This document shows, one piece after another, positions 9,755 through 19,223 of a stretch of DNA of 39,943 nt (the first letter of the stretch is position 1; each line of letters begins with the position of its first letter). Origin of the DNA: Armatimonadota bacterium (lineage in GTDB: Bacteria > Armatimonadota > UBA5829 > DTLH01); assembly GCA_039680575.1 (NCBI GenBank), contig JBDKSP010000014.1:1-39943 (forward strand). Direction: 5' to 3'. The position numbers were made by a program, and so were the translations under genes. The notes under the pieces are model-generated. The model did not search any database. It saw nothing but the letters and a program-made list of their open reading frames with translations, and was not told the origin of the DNA.

Positions 9755-11536
9755 TTGGGGTATTTTCTTGTGAAACGGGCACACAGCAGCTCAAAGTCGA
9801 AAAGGTCTCGGGATAATTGGCGGCTCATACGCCGCACTTTTCCGATGCTGAGAGTGCATCGGTGGCGCTTTGTGGTAGCCGGGATATTCACGGCGTTTTC
9901 GGCATCGACCGTTCCCACGATGCCGATGTTCACGAGATACGTGATTGATAACGCCATTCCTAAAAAGAACATCAGGCTGGTTATTTACGTTATGGTATTT
10001 TTTGTGGTGCTGATGCTTTTGCGGATCATCACTTACTACATAGCGCAATCTCTTCTGCTGTTTGTTCGGGAAAAACTGATATTCGATCTGCGGAAACTGG
10101 TCTTCACGCGTATGCAGGAGCTCTGCCTGCGTTTTCACCAGCGCTATACACCTGGGTACCTGTATGACCGCACACTGGGCGCAACCTCGACTTCTATCGG
10201 GATATTCCTTAATGCGTTCTTTCAAATTGTAGTCAACTCAGGTTCAAGTATGGTCATTTCGATCTTGTTCTGCTGGCACTTGAGTCCGTTAATGACGCTC
10301 ATTGAGCTGAGCATGAGTATAGTCTATGTCTTCATCAGCAAACACTACGGAGGAATTATCCGGTCACTCAGCAGGGAGTTCAATGTAGAATCAAACGAGC
10401 TTGCAGGAAGACTCACGGATCTGCTTCGCGGCATAAAGACCATCAAAGCATTTACTATGGAAGGCTGGGTGATTGAAGAGTTCGAAGAACGCACCTGGCC
10501 GCTCCAGATGCGGAGCCTGGATATCAACAAGACGACATTGAGATTGGGTCTCTCCGGGGAGTCCGTCACCTATTTTATTACCGCTATCATAACGGTGATG
10601 AGTGCGCATTTGGTAATTCAACAAGAAATTACGATTGGAACGATGGTCGCATTTCTCGCCTATCAGACAATGCTCATGGGCAGTGTTGCATCGTTATCCA
10701 ACACTGCTGCAACCTATGGTTCAGCCATAGCCGGTCTTGAGCAGTTGTTTGAGGTCGTAGATGAAAAATCCTCGGTGGCGATAAAACCGGATGCAGCTAT
10801 GCCGGACAAGCTGGACGGAAGACTCTCGCTCGATGATGTCTATTTTGCCTACGATGACAAGCCGATAATAGATGGACTGAGCGTAGATTTTGAGCCTGGG
10901 CAATCTGTGGCGATTGTGGGGCCGAGCGGCGGAGGAAAGACTACGCTTATAAACCTGCTGCTTCGTCTATACGACCCTGAAAAAGGCTGTATAAGGCTTG
11001 ACGGGCATGATATACGGGAACTGCCGCTTTCGGGCTATCGCAGCCTTTTTGGAGTGGTCTTACAGGACCCGTTTCTGTTCAACGATACTATCTATAATAA
11101 CCTGCTGGCCGTCAAGCCGGATGCGACTCATGCGGAGATCCGTGAAGCGTTGGAACGCGCGCATGCGTGGGAATTCGTCAATAATCTGGACGGCAATTGG
11201 TCTTTCAATGTCGGCGAGAACGGCGGCCAACTCTCCGGGGGACAGCGCCAGAGGATCGCCATCGCGCGCTGTATACTGACAAACCCTCACATACTCTTGT
11301 TTGATGAGGCAACATCCGCGCTGGATAACCAGTCAGAAGCCCTTGTGCAAAGTGAGATCGAGGAGATAATGCATGACCGGACGGTCTTTATAGTGGCTCA
11401 CCGCCTCAGTACAGTGCGGAAGGTAGACCGGATACTAGTCCTGGAAGACGGGAAACTTGTACAGGATGGGACTTACGATCAGCTTGCAAAAGAACCCGGG
11501 CTATTTCACGATCTTGATGCTCTGAGCTTGCGATGA
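9755..11536 (+). CDS. ABC exporter, fused permease/ATP-binding (MsbA/Sav1866-like); start could be GTG 9770
   Basis: N-terminal multi-TM domain, GPSGGGKTT, LSGGQRQRIAIAR, FDEATSALD, AHRLST. Confidence 0.93.
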   Translation: MGYFLVKRAHSSSKSKRSRDNWRLIRRTFPMLRVHRWRFVVAGIFTAFSASTVPTMPMFTRYVIDNAIPKKNIRLVIYVMVFFVVLMLLRIITYYIAQSLLLFVREKLIFDLRKLVFTRMQELCLRFHQRYTPGYLYDRTLGATSTSIGIFLNAFFQIVVNSGSSMVISILFCWHLSPLMTLIELSMSIVYVFISKHYGGIIRSLSREFNVESNELAGRLTDLLRGIKTIKAFTMEGWVIEEFEERTWPLQMRSLDINKTTLRLGLSGESVTYFITAIITVMSAHLVIQQEITIGTMVAFLAYQTMLMGSVASLSNTAATYGSAIAGLEQLFEVVDEKSSVAIKPDAAMPDKLDGRLSLDDVYFAYDDKPIIDGLSVDFEPGQSVAIVGPSGGGKTTLINLLLRLYDPEKGCIRLDGHDIRELPLSGYRSLFGVVLQDPFLFNDTIYNNLLAVKPDATHAEIREALERAHAWEFVNNLDGNWSFNVGENGGQLSGGQRQRIAIARCILTNPHILLFDEATSALDNQSEALVQSEIEEIMHDRTVFIVAHRLSTVRKVDRILVLEDGKLVQDGTYDQLAKEPGLFHDLDALSLR

Positions 11537-11610
11537 CCAGGTGTATCTATTCGCGACCGGGCATTGTTTCCGTAAATCCTGATAAGTCATCTTCCCGCAC
11601 CGAAAAAGAT

Positions 11611-11638
11611 GCAGGAAGATTCGTGATAGATGTGGAAA
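11611..11638 (+). promoter_or_regulatory. sigmaH-like promoter candidate for the structured RNA
   Basis: GCAGGA(11611-16)-N18-GAAA(11635-38), resembling the AGGA-N17/18-GAAT consensus. Confidence 0.4.
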
Positions 11639-11644
11639 GGGTAC

Positions 11645-11844
11645 ATGTTCGGTAGATGTGGTGGCCTATGAGGCTGCGACTCGGCGTTTGGGATGAGGAG
11701 ATGCGGGACTATCCTCTTGGCGAAAGCCTCCCCCGACTCTCCATCGTTTGAGGCGTCGAAGATCAGCATCAAGAGAGGGTCCATTTTGGGCCTGCGGGCT
11801 AGACCACGAGCCCCATATCCTCTTAAAGATGGGACGCCGGATGT
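11645..11844 (+). ncRNA. candidate structured non-coding RNA, unassigned
   Basis: Nested stems with many G-U pairs on the + strand, a GAAA tetraloop and 5'/3' end pairing; no credible ORF. Confidence 0.6.
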
Positions 11845-11903
11845 GAGCCGGGCACGGGAGACGTTCGGGGTAACTTCGAGTCTTTCGCGCCGGGCTCTTT
11901 ATT
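11845..11903 (+). terminator. long terminator-like hairpin closing the candidate ncRNA
   Basis: gagccgggcacgggagac…gtctttcgcgccgggctc followed by TTTATT. Confidence 0.6.
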
Positions 11904-11916
11904 GTACCAGACCCTT

Positions 11917-12903
11917 ATGGAACCCCGAATAGAGACGATTACAGTTGAAGACGGAGCAGGCGAACGCATCGACGCGTTCATAGCTGCAAGAATACCGGAA
12001 CTCACCCGGTCCGCGGTCGGCCGTCTCATAGATGAGGAGCGGGTCACTATCGGCGGCGCGCCGGTCAAGGCCAAGCACAAGGTGAAAACAGGCGATGAGA
12101 TAGTTGTCGAGATCCCCCCACCCGCGCCAACGGACATCAAAGCTGAGGAAATTCCTCTCGAAGTTGTCTACGAAGACTCCGATATAATCGTAGTTAACAA
12201 GCCCAAGGGCATGACGACCCATCCCGCCCCCGGTTCTCCCGCCGGAACGCTCGTCAACGCGCTCCTTGGCCGCACTACCGGTCTTTCCGCTGTCGGCGGA
12301 GTACAGCGGCCTGGAATAGTCCACCGGCTGGACAAAGACACATCCGGTCTGATAGTCGTTGCAAAAAACGATGCGGCTCATACGAGCCTCCAGTCCCAGA
12401 TTCAGAAAAAAACGGCTGGCAGGAAGTACATCACGCTCGTCTGGGGCGACACGAAGTTCGAAAAGGCGGTAGTAGACGCGCCCATAGGACGCCATCCGGG
12501 TGATCGAAAGAAGATGGCAGTCGTCATGAACGGCCAGGCAAGACCGGCTGTGACGGACCTCAGGGTGATGGAACGGCTTTCCGGGTTTACGCTTCTTGAA
12601 GCCTCGCTTCGGACCGGCAGGACACACCAGATAAGGGTCCACTGCGCGTATATCGGCCACCCGGTGGTCGGCGACCCCGTCTACTGCGGCAGGAGGCATC
12701 CTCCCGGCAGGTTCGGTCCCAAAGACAGGCTGGAGTTCGAGCGATTAGTCGAAACTCTTAAAGGGCAGGCGCTTCACGCATACAGGCTTTCGTTCGACCA
12801 CCCACGCACCGGGGAACCGATGTCGTTCGAGACTCCCATCCCCGATAATATGGCCTCGCTGATCGACTGGCTGAGAGCGCGGACGGGGAGCAGCGGGAAG
12901 TGA
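11917..12903 (+). CDS. rluD: RluA/RluD-family 23S rRNA pseudouridine synthase
   Basis: S4 domain (RIDAFIA…TRS), VNKPKGM, catalytic HRLDKDTSG, TGRTHQIRVH, GDPVY, QALHA; ATG 11917 preferred. Confidence 0.95.
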   Translation: MEPRIETITVEDGAGERIDAFIAARIPELTRSAVGRLIDEERVTIGGAPVKAKHKVKTGDEIVVEIPPPAPTDIKAEEIPLEVVYEDSDIIVVNKPKGMTTHPAPGSPAGTLVNALLGRTTGLSAVGGVQRPGIVHRLDKDTSGLIVVAKNDAAHTSLQSQIQKKTAGRKYITLVWGDTKFEKAVVDAPIGRHPGDRKKMAVVMNGQARPAVTDLRVMERLSGFTLLEASLRTGRTHQIRVHCAYIGHPVVGDPVYCGRRHPPGRFGPKDRLEFERLVETLKGQALHAYRLSFDHPRTGEPMSFETPIPDNMASLIDWLRARTGSSGK

Positions 12904-12919
12904 TGAGCAGAGAAGAATC

Positions 12920-12978
12920 TATTGAGTTTTGGCTGAAATGATATTGCTTACTCGTTACATCGACTGCCAAACTCAATA
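12920..12978. terminator. inverted repeat between convergent rluD and maa
   Basis: tattgagttttggc … gccaaactcaata with a large loop. Confidence 0.45.
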
Positions 12979-12986
12979 AACCCTGC

Positions 12987-13553
12987 TTATGCAATAACAC
13001 CGAGAACTCGGATGACGCTGGCGGGATTGCCGGCGGCTACTACATTCGGCGGAATATTTTTCGTCACTACAGCGCCGGCTCCTATTGTGGTGTTCCTGCC
13101 GATTGTTACTCCCGGGCAAATTATCGCTCCGCCGCCGATCCATACATTCTCTTCTATTGTGATTGGTTTCGCGAGTTCCGGGCCAGCAATTCTGAGGACA
13201 GCTTCAACCGGGTGGGTCGCGGAGTAGATCTGGACGTTCGGACCGATCATAACATTATCACCGATCCTGACTTCCGCACAGTCGAGTATCGTGCAGCCGA
13301 GGTTCATATAGACACAGTCGCCCAGATATATATTTGAGCCGTAGTCAACATAAAAAGGGGGATTTATCGAAACACCTGCGCCCATCCGGCCAAGGAGGTC
13401 GCAAAGGATGGCAAGCTGTTCATCCTCGTCATCGGTCGCATTGAACCGACGGTACAGGCTTCTAGCCCTGCGGCGGGCTGAGACAAGCTCCGGGGCATTT
13501 GCGTCGTACAGTTCCCCGGAAAGCATCTTCTCCCGCTCAGTCTTTTCAGTCAT
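12987..13553 (-). CDS. maa: maltose/sugar O-acetyltransferase (hexapeptide repeat)
   Basis: EKMLSGELY, PPFYVDYGSNI, VWIGGGAIICPGVTIG, AGNPA. Confidence 0.93.
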   Translation of the reverse strand: MTEKTEREKMLSGELYDANAPELVSARRRARSLYRRFNATDDEDEQLAILCDLLGRMGAGVSINPPFYVDYGSNIYLGDCVYMNLGCTILDCAEVRIGDNVMIGPNVQIYSATHPVEAVLRIAGPELAKPITIEENVWIGGGAIICPGVTIGRNTTIGAGAVVTKNIPPNVVAAGNPASVIRVLGVIA

Positions 13554-13605
13554 ATCTACAGATTTCCGGTTGCTCCGTTAACAACCAATCGTATACCGCG
13601 AGAGA

Positions 13606-13944
13606 TCAGAGCTTTTCTTTCTCGCCGCTGATATCGAACAACTGGTCCAGCCCCACAAGCCGCATTATGCGCATAACATTAGGCCGAACACCCACTATAC
13701 GCGCCGGACCATTGCTGTTTGTTTCTATTATTCTTGCGTCGACAAGGGCTTGAACACCAGAGGAATCGAAGTAGGTCACGCCGCCGAGATCGATAGTGGG
13801 CAGGCATCCGGTATCTTTTGCGCATGCGACCAGAGCATCGTAAAGCGTAGACGCTGTGTTCATATCCACCTCGCCGCTTACGTGCACTGTCCCATCTTCG
13901 ACCGTGCAGGTAAAGAACATATCAGAGTAATCTAAATCGAACAC
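13606..13944 (-). CDS. STAS-domain anti-sigma-factor antagonist
   Basis: VSGEVD…IDLGGVTYFDSSG (phosphorylatable Ser motif)…RIMRLVGLDQLF. Confidence 0.9.
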   Translation of the reverse strand: MFDLDYSDMFFTCTVEDGTVHVSGEVDMNTASTLYDALVACAKDTGCLPTIDLGGVTYFDSSGVQALVDARIIETNSNGPARIVGVRPNVMRIMRLVGLDQLFDISGEKEKL

Positions 13945-13995
13945 TCCTGAAGTCTCCCATCCCTGACAACAAAACGCTTGCCTGCGTTACTGACC

Positions 13996-14024
13996 ACTAT
14001 AGCGCGACAGGCGGCATAGGTCAA
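13996..14024 (-). promoter_or_regulatory. sigma70 promoter of the STAS gene
   Basis: TTGACC-N17-TATAGT on the minus strand. Confidence 0.65.
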
Positions 14025-14087
14025 GCAGATTGTTTCTAAATTCGCATAAAATATCGACTCTGATCTTTGATGAAAGAGAGGGGTGGA

Positions 14088-14432
14088 CTATTTAGCGGTC
14101 TTTTTATCTTCTATAATTACGGAAACCTCACCGGGACGGACGTACCCGAGCTTGCGAGCTTCCGCTTCGGAACCTGACGGAGTAAGCAGGTAGCGGCGTT
14201 TTCTGCGAAGGGCTGCATTTTCGGCCTTATCCTTAGCATACTGGGCTTCCATCCGGCGGACCTCGGACTTGCCTTCACAGAGAAGATCTATCGGGCGAAT
14301 TGCTTTACGAATGACAGCGAACGCGCAAAAGACGATGGCTGCGGCCAAAATGCCGCAGACCACCTTCTGCAAAACCGTCAATTTTCGCCTTCTACGCCGC
14401 TCTCCGGGAGCGGGGTATTTCTTTCGAGCCAT
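14088..14432 (-). CDS. septum formation initiator (FtsB/DivIC family)
   Basis: Basic N-terminus, one TM helix, coiled coil and C-terminal EAEARKLGYVRPGE motif; ATG 14432 preferred. Confidence 0.8.
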   Translation of the reverse strand: MARKKYPAPGERRRRRKLTVLQKVVCGILAAAIVFCAFAVIRKAIRPIDLLCEGKSEVRRMEAQYAKDKAENAALRRKRRYLLTPSGSEAEARKLGYVRPGEVSVIIEDKKTAK

Positions 14433-14620
14433 ACCGGAAATTCCTAAAGGGCGGAGATGACCGCCTGATAATAATCTTAGGATGCTTTCGAACAAGCACT
14501 TACACGTTCATGCTAGTTGAGCTTGGCGTACGTGTCAAGTGGGTTCACGCAGCAGGACAATTGTAAAAAATATCAAATCTCTGCTGCAGTAACTATATAT
14601 AATATTCTCAGCGGACATAG

Positions 14621-15499
14621 ATGATGAATTATTACGAGCGCATACAAAAGGCCATAGATTACATTGAAGACCACCTGCAGGACGATATCGAACTGAAGCA
14701 TGTCGCTGCAGAGGCTTGCATGTCGTTGTCCAGCCTATACCGGCTGTTCTTTTCAATGACGGGATATCGGCTGAAAGAGTATATCCGGGCCCGGCGCATC
14801 AGCGAAGCTGCGCTGGAGCTGATCGGAACGGACCGCCGGATTCTGGACATCGCGCTCGATTATAGTTTCGAAAGCCATGAGGCTTTTACTCGGACTTTCA
14901 GGCAGCTCACCGGCCATACTCCGCTGGCTTGCCGACATCAGCGTGCCGCGTTTCGCATTGAGAGGATGAATATAATGGAGATGTACTTTGAACAGCAAGA
15001 CCCGCAACTCGTATCCAGCTACCCGGAGATCAAGGTGCTGAAGGAACTCTCTCCGATGCGTGTGGCTTTCTACCGCCACATTAGTAACACTCCTGAACTC
15101 GATGCTCTTGCCGTGATACGTGAGTGGACGGCGAAGGCCGGTCTGGATGCCGGACAGGCAAAGACACGGTATTTCGGATTCAATAACCCAAACCCGCCCG
15201 CTGATTTCACTCCCGGCGTAAGCGAATACGGATATGAAGTGTGGGTGACTGTCGACGACGATTTTAATATAGCCGATGAGCGTATCCGTGAGAAGGTAGT
15301 ATCCGGCGGAAAATATGCAGTGATGACCGTCAACGCAGAAAACGGTAAAAGTATCGAGGAATCATGGCAGCGATTTTGTGCATGGCTGAAAACCAGCCCG
15401 TATGCGCTTGGCAGCCATCAGTGGCTGGAAGAACACCTGGACTTCGGTGATAATCAGGGACACGATATGAAGCTGGACCTGTATATGCCGCTGAAGTGA
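14621..15499 (+). CDS. AraC-family regulator with GyrI-like effector-binding domain
   Basis: IQKAIDYIEDHL…EYIRARR…ILDIALDYSFESHEAFTRTF; C-terminal GGKYAV…W…WL…LE. Confidence 0.92.
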   Translation: MMNYYERIQKAIDYIEDHLQDDIELKHVAAEACMSLSSLYRLFFSMTGYRLKEYIRARRISEAALELIGTDRRILDIALDYSFESHEAFTRTFRQLTGHTPLACRHQRAAFRIERMNIMEMYFEQQDPQLVSSYPEIKVLKELSPMRVAFYRHISNTPELDALAVIREWTAKAGLDAGQAKTRYFGFNNPNPPADFTPGVSEYGYEVWVTVDDDFNIADERIREKVVSGGKYAVMTVNAENGKSIEESWQRFCAWLKTSPYALGSHQWLEEHLDFGDNQGHDMKLDLYMPLK

Positions 15500-15573
15500 G
15501 CTTTTTGCAAGAAACTGCTATATCATCTGACAGGCAAGCTGGGTTTTAACCCAGCTTGCCTGTTGTACAAGCC

Positions 15574-16572
15574 CTAAAGCTTCGAATTCTTCTTTATGAA
15601 GTCGATCAGTTCGTCCACCTGCGCGAAGGCGAGACCTGTGACCGTGTCGGCACAGCCATAATAGATGGCAATGCGGCCGGTTGGGGCGTCCACAAGCGCG
15701 GCGCATGGGAATGTGACGTTCGGGACATCTCCAACGCATTCGTAGATCATCTGCGGGGAGAGGATGTAAGGCTCGGCGCGGTAGATCACCTTCCAGGGCT
15801 CATCTATATCCAAAATAGCGGCTCCGGCGCTGTAGGTGAACCCGTTGCAGGAGTTCAGCACGCCGTGGTAGATCAGGAGCCAGCCTTCTTTTGTCTCTAT
15901 CGGGATCGGGCCGGCGCCGATCTTTGTGCTCTCCCAGCAGCCTCTGGTCCCCATCACATGGCGATGCCGCCCCCAGAACGTCAAGTCCGGGCTTTCACTG
16001 TAGAAAATATCTCCGAACGGGGTGTGGCCGTCGTCGCTCGGGCGGCTCAACATCGCGAACCTTCCGTTTATCTTTTTAGGGAACATCACTCCGTTCCTGT
16101 TGAACGGAAGATAGGCGTTTTCGAGCTGATGGAATGTCTCGAAATCGTATGTGTAGCCGACGCCGATGGTCGGGCCGTGGTAGCCGTTGCACCAGGTGAC
16201 ATAGAATCTATCGTCGATCCAGCAGACTCTCGGATCGTAGCCGAATTTCCAGTTGTTGATCTCCGGGTCATCGCACTTGAAGTGGATTCTCTCGTGATTG
16301 ATCTGCCAATTGATCCCGTCCTCGCTTTTGCCTGCGTAGAGCTGCATCCTGCGGCAGGTGTCATCGCAGCGGAAGACTCCGGCATATTTCCCCTTGTAGG
16401 GCACTACCGCGCTGTTGAAAATGCTGTTGGATGTAGGGATCAGGTCGCGCGGGATGATCGGGTTCTTGCTGTAACGCCATACAACGCCGTTATAACCTTC
16501 CGGTTTGTCCTCCCACGGAATATTAGGCAGCGCCGAGCCGATTATGGTCGACGAAGTCGATACGACACTCAT
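15574..16572 (-). CDS. glycoside hydrolase family 130 beta-mannoside phosphorylase
   Basis: [59 protein letters not shown]. Confidence 0.95.
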   Translation of the reverse strand: MSVVSTSSTIIGSALPNIPWEDKPEGYNGVVWRYSKNPIIPRDLIPTSNSIFNSAVVPYKGKYAGVFRCDDTCRRMQLYAGKSEDGINWQINHERIHFKCDDPEINNWKFGYDPRVCWIDDRFYVTWCNGYHGPTIGVGYTYDFETFHQLENAYLPFNRNGVMFPKKINGRFAMLSRPSDDGHTPFGDIFYSESPDLTFWGRHRHVMGTRGCWESTKIGAGPIPIETKEGWLLIYHGVLNSCNGFTYSAGAAILDIDEPWKVIYRAEPYILSPQMIYECVGDVPNVTFPCAALVDAPTGRIAIYYGCADTVTGLAFAQVDELIDFIKKNSKL

Positions 16573-16649
16573 TAATAGCTGTCCTTTCTAAACTAACGGA
16601 ATATATAGACCCCCGCAAAGAGGTATTTACACACTTGCGGCTCAACAGT

Positions 16650-16679
16650 ATTCTATGGTGGTAAGGATGTGCTTGTCAA
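16650..16679 (-). promoter_or_regulatory. sigma70 promoter of the GH130 gene
   Basis: TTGACA-N18-TAGAAT on the minus strand. Confidence 0.65.
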
Positions 16680-16779
16680 TCGAGGTAAGACTCAGGGCCA
16701 ACGCATCTATATATAGAAGGGGCAAGTTTGCGAATAGAGGTTAGTGTGAATGGTGCAAGTCTTCACTAATCTCTTTGGA

Positions 16780-17087
16780 TTGCGGAAGCGGCAGCTTCCG
16801 CTTTTCTATCGGCATCCACTATCCGTCATTTTGAAACGCAAATTACGCGGATTTAACGAATTAACGCGAATGGTGGAGACTTGATGAACCTGGGGATCAT
16901 GCCCAGGTCTTGTTTCTTGGGCATCCATGCCCCATGAGTAGTATCGATAATGTTGGGCTGCGTGTATTATTTTATGCTTCGGGATCGCTTTTCATCCACC
17001 CCGTGGACCCACCGGACCACGGGGAGAAGCACGACATTCACCGATCTATTTCGCGTCTTTTGCGCTTCTTCGCGCATTTCGCGATTC
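16780..17087. repeat. cluster of REP-like palindromes and inverted 9-bp-period tracts
   Basis: gcggaagc-ggca-gcttccgc; tract acgcaaatt/acgcggatt/taacgaatt/aacgcgaat and an inverted counterpart near 17048-17087; internal hairpins. Confidence 0.55.
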
Positions 17088-17196
17088 AGAATCTTTGGTA
17101 ACGCTTCGAAATAAGATGCGTTCGCCCTCGCTTAAGCCATCTTGACCGGAAAGCTCTGCTATTGTTAATATTTATTGATAGAAAGGGCTGGAGTTT

Positions 17197-18279
17197 ATGA
17201 AGAACAGATCGTCGAAAAAGCAGTTCAGGAACAGTATTCCACCGCGAGATGTCATAAATGACGATTTTCGAGAGCTTACATCGAAGGTCACGATGCGCAC
17301 GTCTTGGGATGTCCAGCATATCGTGCTCATAGACTCGGTCACTAGTCACGCACATATGGGGCATGGTATCTTCCACGGCCGCCAGTTCAAGAATACAACG
17401 GAAGACGATATCGTCCGGGCGCTCAGAATGAACCCGGACATAGTCAAAAGCGACCGCCAGTCGCTTATCGATGAAATCAAGGACTACATAGACAGGACCG
17501 TCGCCGGAAAGACGGACAGCTCACTTTCCAATGCCGACGGTGAGCCGCTTTTCCGGGTCGGCACATTCAGATATTTGCAGGTAGATCCGAAAGGTGTGCT
17601 GCAGGGGCTGTATGTGGGTGGACTGCGAGACGAACCATCCGTCAGGCTGGAAACGGAAAAAATCTACGGAGCTGAAATCGGCTCCGGACAGAATTATCCC
17701 GTAAACAAGCAGGTCATGCATGAGATGGGGCTGACGGGAGACGTGCTCGCTCATGAAGCGCATGCAAACAGGCTCAATAAGTTCCGCGAATGCGGGCTTA
17801 TAGCCGATCATCCCGATGGGAACACTGCAAATATGTTCATCAGGCACACCGGCGGGCCTGGACAATCGGACGACGCAGCAATCGTAATAGCAGGAAAACT
17901 CCACGGGCTCTCAGCCGCAGTCGGAGCGTTTCTTTCAGATGCGATAGATACTATCGAAAAATTCGCCGGTCACAACGGCAACCAGGACGGACAGTTGGCC
18001 AGGTACATCGAAACCAGTTATCCCGATCTCGGAATAACCAGGGATGATGTGTACAGGCTTACATTCCTCGCAGCAATCCCTCACGAGTTGAAAGGCAAGA
18101 TCCCCGATAGTTCGCTTCGCAGCCTCCTGGAGATCGACAGAAAGTACGATCTCTGCGCCCTCGAAAGCCACCTGTTGTATGTCATGAACAGGCCTATGCC
18201 TGAGATCGATCTCGATCATGGGGAGTCTACCAACCTCGAATTCTATGATTACATAGAAAACAGGCTTTCAAAGGAGTAG
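17197..18279 (+). CDS. hypothetical protein (360 aa)
   Basis: Long ORF with a GGAG RBS and natural composition; no family recognised. Confidence 0.8.
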   Translation: MKNRSSKKQFRNSIPPRDVINDDFRELTSKVTMRTSWDVQHIVLIDSVTSHAHMGHGIFHGRQFKNTTEDDIVRALRMNPDIVKSDRQSLIDEIKDYIDRTVAGKTDSSLSNADGEPLFRVGTFRYLQVDPKGVLQGLYVGGLRDEPSVRLETEKIYGAEIGSGQNYPVNKQVMHEMGLTGDVLAHEAHANRLNKFRECGLIADHPDGNTANMFIRHTGGPGQSDDAAIVIAGKLHGLSAAVGAFLSDAIDTIEKFAGHNGNQDGQLARYIETSYPDLGITRDDVYRLTFLAAIPHELKGKIPDSSLRSLLEIDRKYDLCALESHLLYVMNRPMPEIDLDHGESTNLEFYDYIENRLSKE

Positions 18280-18475
18280 GCTCCATCCAGATATTTCTAC
18301 TATTCTACTGTTTTTTTAATCAAAGCCCTAAAGATTCCTGGTAAATTTACTGAATAAACAAACGGCAGCAGCCCAACAAGTGTTTACCCAGCGAAGATGA
18401 TGGATTGCACTGTATCACTATACACATTACACGCAACCGCTGTAATACAATAAAAATCTAAAAGGCTTTAACTAA

Positions 18476-18940
18476 ATGATAATCGAGACTACGCGTTTTG
18501 GACAGATAGAAGTCGATGGAAAATCGTTGATCCACCTGCAAAGGGGGATCATCGGCTACGAGGATGCTGCGGAGTTCTGTATTCTGCGCGAGCATCCGGA
18601 TAGTGTATTCAATTGGCTGCAATGCACTACCCGTCCAGGCCTTGCATTCATGGTCGTGGACCCCTGGGAAGTCGCGCCCGATTATCACATTGAGTTAAGC
18701 CCGGTTGAAGCCGATTATCTGGATGCTTATAATTCAGAGGACATTCTAGCCTTGACTGTTGTGGATGCTGGTTCGAATGATTGCGAAGTGACCATCAACT
18801 TCGCTTGTCCGATAATTATAAACAGCAAATCAATGACCGGCCTCCAGGTAGTGTTAGATGCCGAGCGCCAAAATACTGGCCAACCAAAGCCCCGGAAATC
18901 TACGACCGGAGCAGCGAAACATGCAGCAAAGGCGGCCTGA
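18476..18940 (+). CDS. fliW: flagellar assembly factor FliW (CsrA antagonist)
   Basis: MIIETTRFGQIEVD, GIIGYE, WLQ, LAFMVVDP, PDY, TINFACPIIIN, QVVL. Confidence 0.93.
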   Translation: MIIETTRFGQIEVDGKSLIHLQRGIIGYEDAAEFCILREHPDSVFNWLQCTTRPGLAFMVVDPWEVAPDYHIELSPVEADYLDAYNSEDILALTVVDAGSNDCEVTINFACPIIINSKSMTGLQVVLDAERQNTGQPKPRKSTTGAAKHAAKAA

Positions 18941-18952
18941 AAGGACAGCACA

Positions 18953-19177
18953 ATGTTGGTCTTAGCCAGAAAAGTAGGCCAATCGATCATCATAGGCGAA
19001 AATATTGAGCTTACCGTCATCGAAGTGCGCGGAGAACAGGTGAGAATCGGTATCAATGCGCCGAAGGCTATCTCCGTACATCGCAAGGAACTGCTGGAGC
19101 AGATCAAAGCCGAGAACATCCGGGTCGCTCAACAAACAATCAACAGCGAAGAATTGCCGGATGTGTTAAGGAAATAG
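18953..19177 (+). CDS. csrA: carbon storage regulator CsrA
   Basis: MLVLARKVGQSIIIG…VRIGINAPK…VHRKE, with the C-terminal extension (I..EN) of FliW-regulated CsrAs. Confidence 0.97.
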   Translation: MLVLARKVGQSIIIGENIELTVIEVRGEQVRIGINAPKAISVHRKELLEQIKAENIRVAQQTINSEELPDVLRK

Positions 19178-19223
19178 ATTCATATACAAAGTTTCAGACC
19201 TGAACCATTTCTGGAAATTTGTG

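Noticed and set aside
11833..11872. Group II intron domain V look-alike (cgccggatgt…acgttcgg)
   Set aside because: Loop too long, no proper AC bulge geometry or domain VI, no GUGYG 5' end and no RT gene
11587..11932. ORFs 11587-11784 (-) and 11693-11932 (+)
   Set aside because: No recognisable motifs; better explained by the RNA structure
12903..12941. Mini-ORF MSREESIEFWLK* coupled to the rluD stop, reminiscent of a HEPN-protein N-terminus
   Set aside because: Only 12 codons and overlaps an inverted repeat; too short to support
15556..16575. 339-aa + strand ORF (likewise long shadows such as 6050-6883, 11899-12699, 23734-24738)
   Set aside because: Antisense shadows of well-supported genes
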